DNA of 64,000 bases from an uncultured Mycoplasmatota bacterium (GTDB lineage: Bacteria > Bacillota_I > Bacilli_A > RF39 > UBA660), in contig UQXO01000002.1 in the NCBI GenBank assembly GCA_900545005.1, positions 65,901 through 129,900 of the forward strand, written 5' to 3'. Within the stretch, counting starts at the first letter, position 1. Each line of letters begins with the position of its first letter. Below are positions 33,760-43,075 of this stretch, in pieces. A program made the translations under genes and the position numbers. The notes under the pieces are model-generated. The model was given only the letters and a program-made list of their open reading frames with translations, was not told the DNA's origin and did no database searches.

Positions 33760-33838
33760 CCTTCCAAATTACTTTATGCCTTTACAGAAAACCTTAATTA
33801 ATAAACCCATAACTATTTTTTAATTATAGCATATTTTT

Positions 33839-34630
33839 CTAGTTTGTAAATTTAATATTAATACTGCCGAGACCATTATTTAAGCTAAGTGTTTTCTCTC
33901 CACTACCTAATCTTTCTTGGTCAATAGTCACACCATCAATATTTACACTGCCAAGACCATTATCAACATCAATTGTATAGTTATCTTTTTTATCCAAAAT
34001 AGTAACATTCATACCACCAAGGCCGTTATCTAGTTTGGTTTTCCCGGTTAAAGAAGCTTCCAGTTTTGTGGCTCCAAAACCGTTATCTAAATCAAGGTTA
34101 TTTAAAGTACTGTTAGTAATTTCAATAGAGCCCACGCCGTTATCAACCTTTGCTTTACCAGTAGCAGCAATATTATCAAAGGAAGCTTTAGACATACCAA
34201 GTGATATATCCCAATCTACTGACGTTATATTTTCGATATTAATATTGCCACCACCGACATTTAATTTAAATCTTTCTAAAGGTAAGTCTTGGGGAATAGT
34301 AATATTGATTATCTTATTATTTGGGTTGGAAGGAAATGGAGTTTCAGTAGAAATTTTTAATTTTCGTTCATATTCTTTGATTTCAATATTCTTAATGTTA
34401 GTTTCAACTTTTAGAGTATCACCAGCTTTAATATTTAGATTAACACTAGTAAAGTCTAAATCAAGAGCAATAATATTCTGATTATTTATTATTCTTTCTT
34501 GAAGATTAGTTTCCTTTTTATTAGCCATAAATAAGCTAACAACAAATAATAAAGAATAAACAATTATGAAGATAATAAAAGTTGCTAAGGCAATTCCTAA
34601 AGCCTTAGCGATATAAACGACTCTATTCAT
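33839..34630 (-). CDS. DUF4097-like beta-repeat protein (putative adhesin fold), membrane anchored
   Basis: N-terminal TM, then repeated DNG(L/F/V)G(S/G/A).. strands. Confidence 0.5.
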   Translation of the reverse strand: MNRVVYIAKALGIALATFIIFIIVYSLLFVVSLFMANKKETNLQERIINNQNIIALDLDFTSVNLNIKAGDTLKVETNIKNIEIKEYERKLKISTETPFPSNPNNKIINITIPQDLPLERFKLNVGGGNINIENITSVDWDISLGMSKASFDNIAATGKAKVDNGVGSIEITNSTLNNLDLDNGFGATKLEASLTGKTKLDNGLGGMNVTILDKKDNYTIDVDNGLGSVNIDGVTIDQERLGSGEKTLSLNNGLGSINIKFTN

Positions 34631-35304
34631 TTAATCTCAATCCCACCAAATAAACAGGTTGCCGTTATATAAATAGTTATTTTAGCATCTGACTTCTTTA
34701 TATATTTATTATCAATACCTCCAAAAATATTTGTAGAATTAACGACTAAGTTAACATTCTCTGGTAAATATAAAGTAATACCTCCGAAAATACTAGATGC
34801 ACTGATAAAAGCATCATTTTTCAATTTAGCATTTTTAAGATTTAAGTCAAGATTTCCAAAGACAGCATTTAATTCTGAGCCTCTAAATTCTTCTTCTATT
34901 TTCATCTTTTCCTGACTAAATACTGCATCAATATGTAAAATATCTTTATTATCTATTTTAATATTTTTAATTTTATCTTTAATATCACGACCGGTGAAAC
35001 CTTTAAAGACTAAAGAAATACCAAAAACAACAAGAATACAAGGAAATAATAATTTCCAAACAATAGTAAAATCAATAAGATCTCTAGTAGCTAACAACAT
35101 AACGATACCAATAAGAGTTAAAATAGCGGGCCAAGTTTTATCACTATCTTTATATAAGCCAGATAAACCAAAGGCAATGATAATCAAGGTCCACCAGCCA
35201 TCAAAGAAGATGTTAATTTCTGTTAAACCTAAAGCATTTAAGCCAAAAATCACTCCTAAAACTACTAATAAAACACCCCATATAATATTATCTTTATTTT
35301 TCAT
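34627..35304 (-). CDS. LiaF-like cell-envelope stress protein
   Basis: Four TM helices, followed by the C-terminal ..FGG(I/T)..repeat domain typical of LiaF/DUF2154. Confidence 0.5.
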   Translation of the reverse strand: MKNKDNIIWGVLLVVLGVIFGLNALGLTEINIFFDGWWTLIIIAFGLSGLYKDSDKTWPAILTLIGIVMLLATRDLIDFTIVWKLLFPCILVVFGISLVFKGFTGRDIKDKIKNIKIDNKDILHIDAVFSQEKMKIEEEFRGSELNAVFGNLDLNLKNAKLKNDAFISASSIFGGITLYLPENVNLVVNSTNIFGGIDNKYIKKSDAKITIYITATCLFGGIEIK

Positions 35305-35316
35305 ATAAATCTCTTT

Positions 35317-36630
35317 CTATTTTTCACTTCGATTTTTAAATTGAAGAATGATTGGTGTGCCCGTAAAATCGAAAGCTTCACGAATTTTATTTTCTAAATA
35401 ACGTTCATAACTAAAATGGACTAAGCCTTTGTTATTGACCTCAAAAGTTATTTTAGGTGGTTTGCTCCCAGTCTGATGAGTAAAATATATTTTAAGTCTT
35501 TTGCCTTTATAAGAAGGAGCTTCATGAAGATTATATGCTTCCGTTATAACATCATTTAAAACATTAGTTGGTACTTCTTTAACGGAATTATTATAAGCTT
35601 CAATGATAGCTGGTAGTAACATAGATACTCTCTTTTTGGTTTTAGCACTCAAGAAAACGGTCTTAACATAAGGAATAAATTGAAATTCATTTTTAATCTT
35701 TTGTTTCCAATCTTTTAAAGCTGTATCAAAGTCTTTAATCGTATCCCATTTATTAACCACTAAAACGACAGCTTTACCCGCATTTATCGCATAACTAACG
35801 ATATGCTTATCATGTTCAATTATACCTTCTTCGGCATTAATAACGACACAACAGACATCACTACGTTCAATAGCTTTTAAACTTCTAATCATCGAATACT
35901 TTTCAATGTTCTCATAAATCTTACCTTTTTTTCGCATACCAGCAGTATCAATAACAGTCATAACTTCGCCATTATAACGAAAATCAGTATCGACCGCATC
36001 TCTAGTAGTTCCACTAACATCTGAGACAATAGCCCGATTAGCACCCAATAAAGCATTAATTAAACTACTCTTACCTACATTAGGTCGTCCAATAATAGAA
36101 AATTTTAAATTATCGTTTACTGGGGCTATATCATCAGCCATTTCTTTAGTGATTTCATCTAAGAGATCATCAATTCCTAAATTATGTGTCCCACTAATCG
36201 GTAAAACAATGGAAAATCCTAATTCATAATAATTATAAATATTTTCTTGTTCTAATTTGGGATTATCAAGTTTATTAACGGCCACTATTACTCTTTTACC
36301 AGACTTAATTAACATATTGCGAATTTCATAATCATTTTGATTAAGTTCATAACGACCATCTACAATGAAGACAATACAATCAGACTCATCAATAGCTAAC
36401 TGTGCCTGCATTTTAATATCTTTATTAAAGTCGCCTTGACCGAGATCAATTCCCCCAGTATCGATAAGTAAAAATTTCTTATCTTTATAAGTAACATTTC
36501 CATAGATACGATCTCTAGTAATACCAGGAGTATCCATAATAATTGATTTAGCCTCTCCTATTAAGCGATTAAAAAGTGTTGATTTGCCGACATTTGGTCG
36601 TCCGATTAGACATACTGTTTGCATATACAT
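35317..36630 (-). CDS. der: Ribosome-associated GTPase Der (EngA)
   Basis: Two tandem G domains (GRPNVGKST twice, DTGG/DTAG, NKLD/NKWD) plus a KH-like C-terminus. Confidence 0.95.
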   Translation of the reverse strand: MYMQTVCLIGRPNVGKSTLFNRLIGEAKSIIMDTPGITRDRIYGNVTYKDKKFLLIDTGGIDLGQGDFNKDIKMQAQLAIDESDCIVFIVDGRYELNQNDYEIRNMLIKSGKRVIVAVNKLDNPKLEQENIYNYYELGFSIVLPISGTHNLGIDDLLDEITKEMADDIAPVNDNLKFSIIGRPNVGKSSLINALLGANRAIVSDVSGTTRDAVDTDFRYNGEVMTVIDTAGMRKKGKIYENIEKYSMIRSLKAIERSDVCCVVINAEEGIIEHDKHIVSYAINAGKAVVLVVNKWDTIKDFDTALKDWKQKIKNEFQFIPYVKTVFLSAKTKKRVSMLLPAIIEAYNNSVKEVPTNVLNDVITEAYNLHEAPSYKGKRLKIYFTHQTGSKPPKITFEVNNKGLVHFSYERYLENKIREAFDFTGTPIILQFKNRSEK

Positions 36631-36687
36631 TCTCCCCTCTAAAAAGTTTATTTATCATAACATAATACTATGTCTTTTTCAATTAAT

Positions 36688-37608
36688 TCAGGTTAGTTTT
36701 CGCCAATTTATAACGACTTTAGTAACTTTAGCAAAGGCTCCATTATCTCTGGTAGTAGAATTTAAGGCAGCTCTAAAGCTAATATCGGCATTTCCTAAAT
36801 GATTTTCGGAAAAATCAATAATCTTGGAATTACCACTCGTTAATTTTACATCAAAGTAATTACCAATACTTAGTTCGATGATAGTATGATTACCAAGTTC
36901 ATAACTAATAACAACTGTTCCAATATAGTAATTTCCCGGAATATTATCGGGTCTTATTGTCCGATAAGAATAATAATTAGACCAGCCATAAATTTCGCCA
37001 CTTTCTTTAACTTTAATTGGCTTAATGGTCACATTGAAAAAGTTAGCATCATTACTAACGGTATTCTGTACAACCCCAGCATCGGCAATTTTTTCTTCAT
37101 AAAGCATATTACTACCACAAACCCCATCAACTATTTGGGAGTCCCCCGTCTTATTGATATCACTTTCTTTATAGCGATAAGTAGCATACAATTTATTATT
37201 GGCACTCCAAATTCGAACAGTTTCATAATCCATCGAAGAAGAATCTCTAGGATCTAAAATACATTTAGAGTCAGCTTTATATAGATTACAAGTCGTGGGA
37301 TTTCCTTTATTATCAGTACCAATATTCACATCACTTTTTAAATATCCCATATTTACTAAATCCATAAGCGAGATATTATCTAAACTCACTTTATTACTTC
37401 CCGAATTTTCTTTTCCTGTAAAATAATCGTTAGCATACTCACTAGCAGCCGCCTCAATAATTTGAATTTTACTACAAAAAGACTCGGTTTTTAAGCTTTT
37501 ACCAACCTTGGTAATCGCTGGAACAGCCACGGTAATTAAAACGGCCATTAAGACAATGACTGCTAATAATTCTACTAAAGTAAAACCCTTTCTATTTAAT
37601 TTATTCAT
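36688..37608 (-). CDS. Type IV pilin-like protein with a large C-terminal domain (306 aa)
   Basis: Class III signal MNKLNRKGFTLVELLAVIVLMAVL (G-1, F+1, E+5). Paralogue of 37617-38417 (..C(I/V).DPRD.SS.D...(I/V).I(W/Y)S.NN.LY..Y.Y). Confidence 0.8.
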   Translation of the reverse strand: MNKLNRKGFTLVELLAVIVLMAVLITVAVPAITKVGKSLKTESFCSKIQIIEAAASEYANDYFTGKENSGSNKVSLDNISLMDLVNMGYLKSDVNIGTDNKGNPTTCNLYKADSKCILDPRDSSSMDYETVRIWSANNKLYATYRYKESDINKTGDSQIVDGVCGSNMLYEEKIADAGVVQNTVSNDANFFNVTIKPIKVKESGEIYGWSNYYSYRTIRPDNIPGNYYIGTVVISYELGNHTIIELSIGNYFDVKLTSGNSKIIDFSENHLGNADISFRAALNSTTRDNGAFAKVTKVVINWRKLT

Positions 37609-37616
37609 AAACCACC

Positions 37617-38417
37617 TTATTTTTCAAGACAGATAATATCAATAGATGTACTATCACTCGTTAAAGTACCACTTAAAGCAAATGTTCCGGCCTTATTACC
37701 ATAACCATATTTTTGACAGGAATAACCAGTCTTAGGACGAATATTAGTTATCCGATAAGTTTGTCCTTTTTTATAAGTATTCTCTCGGCAAAAATCATCA
37801 ACTTGAGTAGCTACTTTCTTCCCCTCAATGTAAAGATCAAAGGTAAAATGTAATTCTCCGTACCAGTTATCAGGATTAGACTCCATAGATGAATTTACAT
37901 CTAAACGACTATAGCCAGTAAAATCACCAGATTCCGTGTAGGTTCCATATTCATTAATATTATAAGTTGCTTTTTCCCCACAGACTTTATTAGTAGCATC
38001 AAGACTAGTATATAAATATCTTCCATATAATCGATTATTCTCGGAATAAATATCGATATAATTATTATCTAAAGAAGAATTATCGCGAGGATCGGTTACA
38101 CAATCAACTCCTATGGTACATTTTTCTTTATCCTTTTTTAAATATCCTTTTTCTACTAGTAAACGAAGAGGAATTTTATTAGCTACTATAGTACCATCAG
38201 TCGTAGTTAAATCGCTTAAATAATCTTGAGCATAATATTTAGCGGCAGCTTCGATACTTTCGACCTTCTTACAGAACATATTTGTCTTGCTTTTTCTTAC
38301 TAAAGAAGAAACATTAGGAACTGCTATTAAAGCTAAGATAGCTAAAATAACTATGACTGCTAATAATTCCACTAAAGTAAAACCTTTTTTCTTTTGCATT
38401 ATTATCACCATCTTCAT
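37617..38417 (-). CDS. Type IV pilin-like protein (about 260 aa)
   Basis: MQKKKGFTLVELLAVIVILAILALIAVP. The likely true start is the ATG at 38399, which has a GGTGA Shine-Dalgarno. Confidence 0.8.
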   Translation of the reverse strand: MKMVIIMQKKKGFTLVELLAVIVILAILALIAVPNVSSLVRKSKTNMFCKKVESIEAAAKYYAQDYLSDLTTTDGTIVANKIPLRLLVEKGYLKKDKEKCTIGVDCVTDPRDNSSLDNNYIDIYSENNRLYGRYLYTSLDATNKVCGEKATYNINEYGTYTESGDFTGYSRLDVNSSMESNPDNWYGELHFTFDLYIEGKKVATQVDDFCRENTYKKGQTYRITNIRPKTGYSCQKYGYGNKAGTFALSGTLTSDSTSIDIICLEK

Positions 38418-38466
38418 TATATATTATATTTAGTTTAAAGGAAAGAAAAAAAGCAATTATTTCTAA

Positions 38467-39882
38467 TCACTTTATAATTCCATCGAGACTAAAACTCTTA
38501 GCATCAGTTATGGTTACATTAACAATTTTACCAATCAAATCCTTAGAGCCAACCACATTTACTAGTTTCATAGTATCGGTATAGCCATAGACTTTATTGC
38601 TACCCTTTTCGCTTATTCCTTGGATTAAAACGGGTACGGTTTTATTTAAGAGTTTTTGATTATTTTCTAAAGAATAGCTATTTACTAACTCATTTAGGCG
38701 ATGTAATCTATCTTCTTTTTCTTTTAGAGGAGTATCATCAGGCATGGAAGCGGCGGGAGTTCCTACTCTAGGAGAAAAGATAAAAGTATAAGCACCATCA
38801 TATTTACAATGCTTAACGACTTCTAAAGTCTCTTTGAAATCGGATTCAGTCTCTCCGGGGAAACCAACAATTATATCGGTGGAAATAGCAACTCCTGGTA
38901 TCTTTTTTTTCATTTTATCAAAAAGTTCTAAATACTCTTCTTTAGTATATCTTCTACCCATTAATTTTAGAATTCTGGAAGAACCAGACTGCAAAGGCAA
39001 ATGAATATAAGGCATAATATTAGGATACTTAGCAATCGTGGTAATCATTTCATCAGTAAAATCCCAAGGATGAGAAGTAACAAAACGCACTCTTGGAATA
39101 TTAGTCTTAGCTACGGCTTCTAAAAGACCAGCAAAGGTCATTTCATTTTCTAAATCTTTCCCATAGGCATTGACATTTTGACCAAGTAAAGTTACTTCTT
39201 GATACCCTTCACTAACTAGTTTTTCGACTTCTCTTACAATTTCACAAGCTCTTCTACTTCTTTGTTTACCCCTTGTATAAGGAACAATACAATACGTACA
39301 GAATTTATCACAACCATACATAATATTTACCCAAGCCGTAATCTTGGAATCTCTCTTATAATCGATATTCTCGTAAACATTTCCTTCAATTGAATAAACC
39401 TTAATATCTTGTCTTTCTTTACCAACATTCTTAATCATCGTAGCTAGTTCATGGATATTATGAGTTCCAAAGATAATATCAACATATGGATGTTTAGTCT
39501 TTAATTCATTAACAACAACTTCTTCTTGAGCCATACACCCACCAATACAAACTATTAAATCTTTCTTAGTAGTAGCTTTAAGATGTTTACAACGACCTAA
39601 ATAGCCGAAAACTTTATCATGAGCATTTTCTCTAATCGCACAAGTATTTAAAACGACAATATCACTATCTTCTAACTCATCGGTTTCTGTATACCCTAGA
39701 TTCTCTAAAATGGCCTTTATTTCTTCACTATCATGCACATTCATTTGACAACCATAAGTTCTTAAGAAATATTTTTTACCGGCATAAAGATTACTTTTTT
39801 TCTCTTGCTCTAAATAAATAACTTTGGAATTTTTTTTACTTCTTACTTTTGCTTCTTTCATATCTGGTAACATAAGATACAC
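38467..39882 (-). CDS. miaB: tRNA-i6A37 methylthiotransferase MiaB
   Basis: UPF0004 N-domain (TYGCQMN), radical-SAM motif CDKFCTYCIVP, and a TRAM C-terminus. Confidence 0.9.
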   Translation of the reverse strand: MYLMLPDMKEAKVRSKKNSKVIYLEQEKKSNLYAGKKYFLRTYGCQMNVHDSEEIKAILENLGYTETDELEDSDIVVLNTCAIRENAHDKVFGYLGRCKHLKATTKKDLIVCIGGCMAQEEVVVNELKTKHPYVDIIFGTHNIHELATMIKNVGKERQDIKVYSIEGNVYENIDYKRDSKITAWVNIMYGCDKFCTYCIVPYTRGKQRSRRACEIVREVEKLVSEGYQEVTLLGQNVNAYGKDLENEMTFAGLLEAVAKTNIPRVRFVTSHPWDFTDEMITTIAKYPNIMPYIHLPLQSGSSRILKLMGRRYTKEEYLELFDKMKKKIPGVAISTDIIVGFPGETESDFKETLEVVKHCKYDGAYTFIFSPRVGTPAASMPDDTPLKEKEDRLHRLNELVNSYSLENNQKLLNKTVPVLIQGISEKGSNKVYGYTDTMKLVNVVGSKDLIGKIVNVTITDAKSFSLDGIIK

Positions 39883-40163
39883 CTTCTTTGCTAAGAAATT
39901 ATATCAAAAATATAGGGATTATGCTACTATTATCCGCGTATTTTTTCGTTTATTTAATTATTTTTCTCCTCCTTAGACTTTTATAGTTTCTTTGATATTC
40001 AATATCTATTTAATTAGGTCTATATATAATAAGGAAAAATTTCTTAGATAATTTTATTCTTATAGATATATATATCCTAACAAACTTTAAAATCTTAAGC
40101 AAGAAAAAAACGACTATAGTCTATTAAACAATAATCGCCTTTTATATTTATAAAGTCTTGTAT

Positions 40164-42632
40164 TTAAGCTGCTTTAGAATCATTATTTTCTATTTGATTT
40201 AAGAAATTCATTAAATCTAAATTATCATTAGGACTTAAACTTAGAGTTTTTTCTGCTTCTTCAGGATGGTTATCTTCTTTTAAAGACCCATTTAAGAAAG
40301 AATTTAAATCAATAGGAGCATTGGAGTCATTATATTCGCCCACAACTTCACTAGAAGTAGCTGGATTAAAGATAGTCTCTTTCTTTTTAGTTAAATCATT
40401 CTTTAGAATTCGTTCTTTAATTTCCGCAGCATCAGTTTTTTCTTCTGGTTTTATTTCTTTCTTAGAATTTTCTTTACTAACAACTGGTTCTATTTTAAGA
40501 ACTTTAAAGCCTCTTTTCGGTTTAACTTCCTTAGCATTTTCTGTTTCTAATTTATTATCTTCTTGAGAAATGGTTTCTAGGTACTTAGGAGTTTCTTTCT
40601 TGGTGGGTTCTAATAAATCAGCGAAGGCTTTCTTATCAGCTCGGGTAATGCCATTTTCTTCTTCATCAAAGGAAATAACTGGTTCTTCTGAGGTCAAATT
40701 ATTACTCTTAATACCAAAGATATCATCAGGATTAAAGATTTCACTAGCTTCTTTAGCTGGTTCTTCCGAAGAAATTCTTTTTTTACTTACACTTTCTCTA
40801 CTAAGAGGGGCTTCATCAGCAAAGATATCATCGGAAGATACTTCTTCCCTAGATTCGAGATTTTCTTTGGTACTTGGATTTTCTCTAAAGATATCTGACT
40901 CGTAAGAACTTTCTTCTACTGGTTCCTCCTCTTTAGAATTATTATCTAAAGAATTATTAAAATCTATAGTATTAACTTCATCGGTAGAAATTTCTTTTTC
41001 TTCAGGAATAAAAGATAAGGTATCACTAAAGAAATGATGAGTCTCTTCTTTAGGAGTTTCTTCTTCATAAGTACCATTTAAAATACTATTTAATTTCATT
41101 TTGATATTAGTATCTATGAGATTATAACCTTTATTCATAGAACTTATTATCTCGTTTTTATGACTATTAAACGCAGTTATATCTTGATTTACTAGGGATA
41201 TTTCTTTATCGATGTTATCTTGTTCTTCACTTATATACTTATTTAAAGTCTCGGAATCACGATAATCATAGATACTTACATTTATATAACAATTAACTTT
41301 TAAATAGATAGATAATACTTTATTATATAAATCATTCATTAGATATTTTAAATCGGTCTCATAGTCATTTATTTCTTTTAGAATATCTTTACTCTTAAGA
41401 GAAACATTTATTAAAGAAATGTATTTATTATTCTTAAGAAGTATTTTATCTAAAGAGTTAAGTAAAGGTTCAAAGTACTTACCAAAATATGAAGACCATC
41501 TTTCTTTGGAGAAAGGTAAATCAAAAAGACCATTACTACGAACACTAGTATATAGATATTTAGTTTCTTCGGTACTATTAGTAGAACGATTCTTATAGCT
41601 TTCTAATGTCTTTATATAAGCATATTTATCTTTTAGAGTCTCTTCAATACTCTTTAGAGTAGTATCTTCTAAATGAGGATTATCTAAGCTTTCTAGAGTA
41701 GTATTATAGTCTTCTAGGTACTTACGATAGGCTTTTTTAAGAGTTAAAGGGACTTTACTAAGATTAGCTAAGTAAGAACGATAGATTCTTATATAGTTAG
41801 CATGTTTTATTTCTTCTTTGGTTTCTAAGTAAGATTCTAAGATAAGATTTTTAACTTCATTAGTATCTAGATGCATTATTTTATATAGTTCCATTTGAAG
41901 TTTAGTTATATTATTACTAATACCTTTAAGAGAATGTTTAAGTTTCTCGGTACAGATATAAGTGAAAGTTTCGTGTTCTAAAGACTCTTTTTTTAGTCTT
42001 AAAGACTTAATTTTACTTATTACTTCTTCGTTAAGAATAAGTTCTTTATTTAAGACAGCACTCTCCATTTCTTTTATTTCTTTAGAAATAGCTTTAACGG
42101 TTAGATCTTCTTCCGTAAAGTTTCTTTCTTTTAGAAGAGTATCAGTAGTTATTTCTTTAGCTTCTTTATTAGTTTCAATGGAGTCAATGCGGTCTTTGAT
42201 ATAGCCAATTAGATGGGCACGATAATCTTCTATTTTTGATACAGGAGCTTCACTTATTAGTTTACAGACCAAAGTTACAATAGCTTGTTTTTTATCGTTA
42301 AAAGTTTGGATTAAAGTTTCTTTTTGACTATTATAGTTATCTATATTAGCATCAATCTTCGCATAATCTTCCCATAAAGAGTCAATTTCACTAGTAGGAG
42401 CATTAGTCTTTGTAGCAAAGTTAATTCTTTTATCTATATTATTTAAAGATTCTTTTAAAGAGGCAATAGCACTTTCGATATCTTTTACTTTAATTAAAGA
42501 TAAATAATCTAAGTCTACTCTTTTCTTAATATTTTCTATGACGGCTATTAAATCAATGATAGTAGCATTTTTTAAATACTCTTGTATATCCTCGATTGGG
42601 GATTTTAAAATCCAGTCTGTAGTGTATTCCAT
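40164..42632 (-). CDS. Hypothetical protein (822 aa): helical/coiled-coil N-terminal 530 aa plus an acidic Ser/Glu/Lys-rich low-complexity tail
   Basis: ORF track. No signal peptide and no recognised motif. Confidence 0.6.
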   Translation of the reverse strand: MEYTTDWILKSPIEDIQEYLKNATIIDLIAVIENIKKRVDLDYLSLIKVKDIESAIASLKESLNNIDKRINFATKTNAPTSEIDSLWEDYAKIDANIDNYNSQKETLIQTFNDKKQAIVTLVCKLISEAPVSKIEDYRAHLIGYIKDRIDSIETNKEAKEITTDTLLKERNFTEEDLTVKAISKEIKEMESAVLNKELILNEEVISKIKSLRLKKESLEHETFTYICTEKLKHSLKGISNNITKLQMELYKIMHLDTNEVKNLILESYLETKEEIKHANYIRIYRSYLANLSKVPLTLKKAYRKYLEDYNTTLESLDNPHLEDTTLKSIEETLKDKYAYIKTLESYKNRSTNSTEETKYLYTSVRSNGLFDLPFSKERWSSYFGKYFEPLLNSLDKILLKNNKYISLINVSLKSKDILKEINDYETDLKYLMNDLYNKVLSIYLKVNCYINVSIYDYRDSETLNKYISEEQDNIDKEISLVNQDITAFNSHKNEIISSMNKGYNLIDTNIKMKLNSILNGTYEEETPKEETHHFFSDTLSFIPEEKEISTDEVNTIDFNNSLDNNSKEEEPVEESSYESDIFRENPSTKENLESREEVSSDDIFADEAPLSRESVSKKRISSEEPAKEASEIFNPDDIFGIKSNNLTSEEPVISFDEEENGITRADKKAFADLLEPTKKETPKYLETISQEDNKLETENAKEVKPKRGFKVLKIEPVVSKENSKKEIKPEEKTDAAEIKERILKNDLTKKKETIFNPATSSEVVGEYNDSNAPIDLNSFLNGSLKEDNHPEEAEKTLSLSPNDNLDLMNFLNQIENNDSKAA

Positions 42633-42677
42633 ATGCGACTCCTTACTATCTATACTTCTTAATTATCTTATAAATAA

Positions 42678-42720
42678 AGAAAAAAAGCAAGGGTAATTAG
42701 CAATTTTTTATTTCCTTGCT
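42678..42720 (-). terminator. Probable terminator (AGCAAGG...CCTTGCT plus T-run) after the 109-aa gene
   Basis: Read on the minus strand: gAGCAAGGaaataaaaaattgctaattacCCTTGCTttttttc. Confidence 0.45.
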
Positions 42721-42745
42721 CTTTAGGGTATTATGATTTCTTATA

Positions 42746-43075
42746 TTAATAGATGTCTTCTTCTTTGAGTTCTATATTTAGACATGTATCTATTATCTTA
42801 TCTAAGATAGTCATATTCTTACCGATTTTTTTTACGTAATCTGGACCAGCCTTAGTCTTAAGATAAGTTAATACTTTATCTAAGGTATTCTTATCTAATT
42901 CAAATATCTCCATATAATTAATTATAATATCTTCTATAAAATAGAAGCCTTTACTCTTTAAGAGATTATATATTTCTATAAAGTTATTTTCATCAATTGA
43001 TTTTAAATAATCTAGATTATAATTACTATATAAGATATCTAAATAAGTATCATTTAAGTATTTATCAAATATCAT
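42746..43075 (-). CDS. Hypothetical helical-repeat protein (109 aa), translationally coupled to the helicase
   Basis: The ATG overlaps the helicase stop (ATGA). Its roughly 30-aa helical repeats are loosely mTERF-like (LLKSKGFYFIEDII.NYMEIF..D..TL..VL.YLK). Confidence 0.55.
   Translation of the reverse strand: MIFDKYLNDTYLDILYSNYNLDYLKSIDENNFIEIYNLLKSKGFYFIEDIIINYMEIFELDKNTLDKVLTYLKTKAGPDYVKKIGKNMTILDKIIDTCLNIELKEEDIY

Noticed and set aside
32186-37257. Antisense ORFs 32186-32557, 32966-33172, 34035-34481, 34994-35308, 36584-36802 and 36886-37257
   Set aside because: Each overlaps a well-supported minus-strand gene (dgkA, GGDEF, DUF4097-like, LiaF-like, der, pilin). None has a recognisable motif or RBS.
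40321-42204. Plus-strand ORFs 40321-40566, 40570-40905 and 41962-42204, antisense to the 822-aa gene
   Set aside because: They are Ser/Leu/Phe-rich mirror translations of a Glu/Lys/Ser-rich coding strand, which is typical of shadow ORFs.
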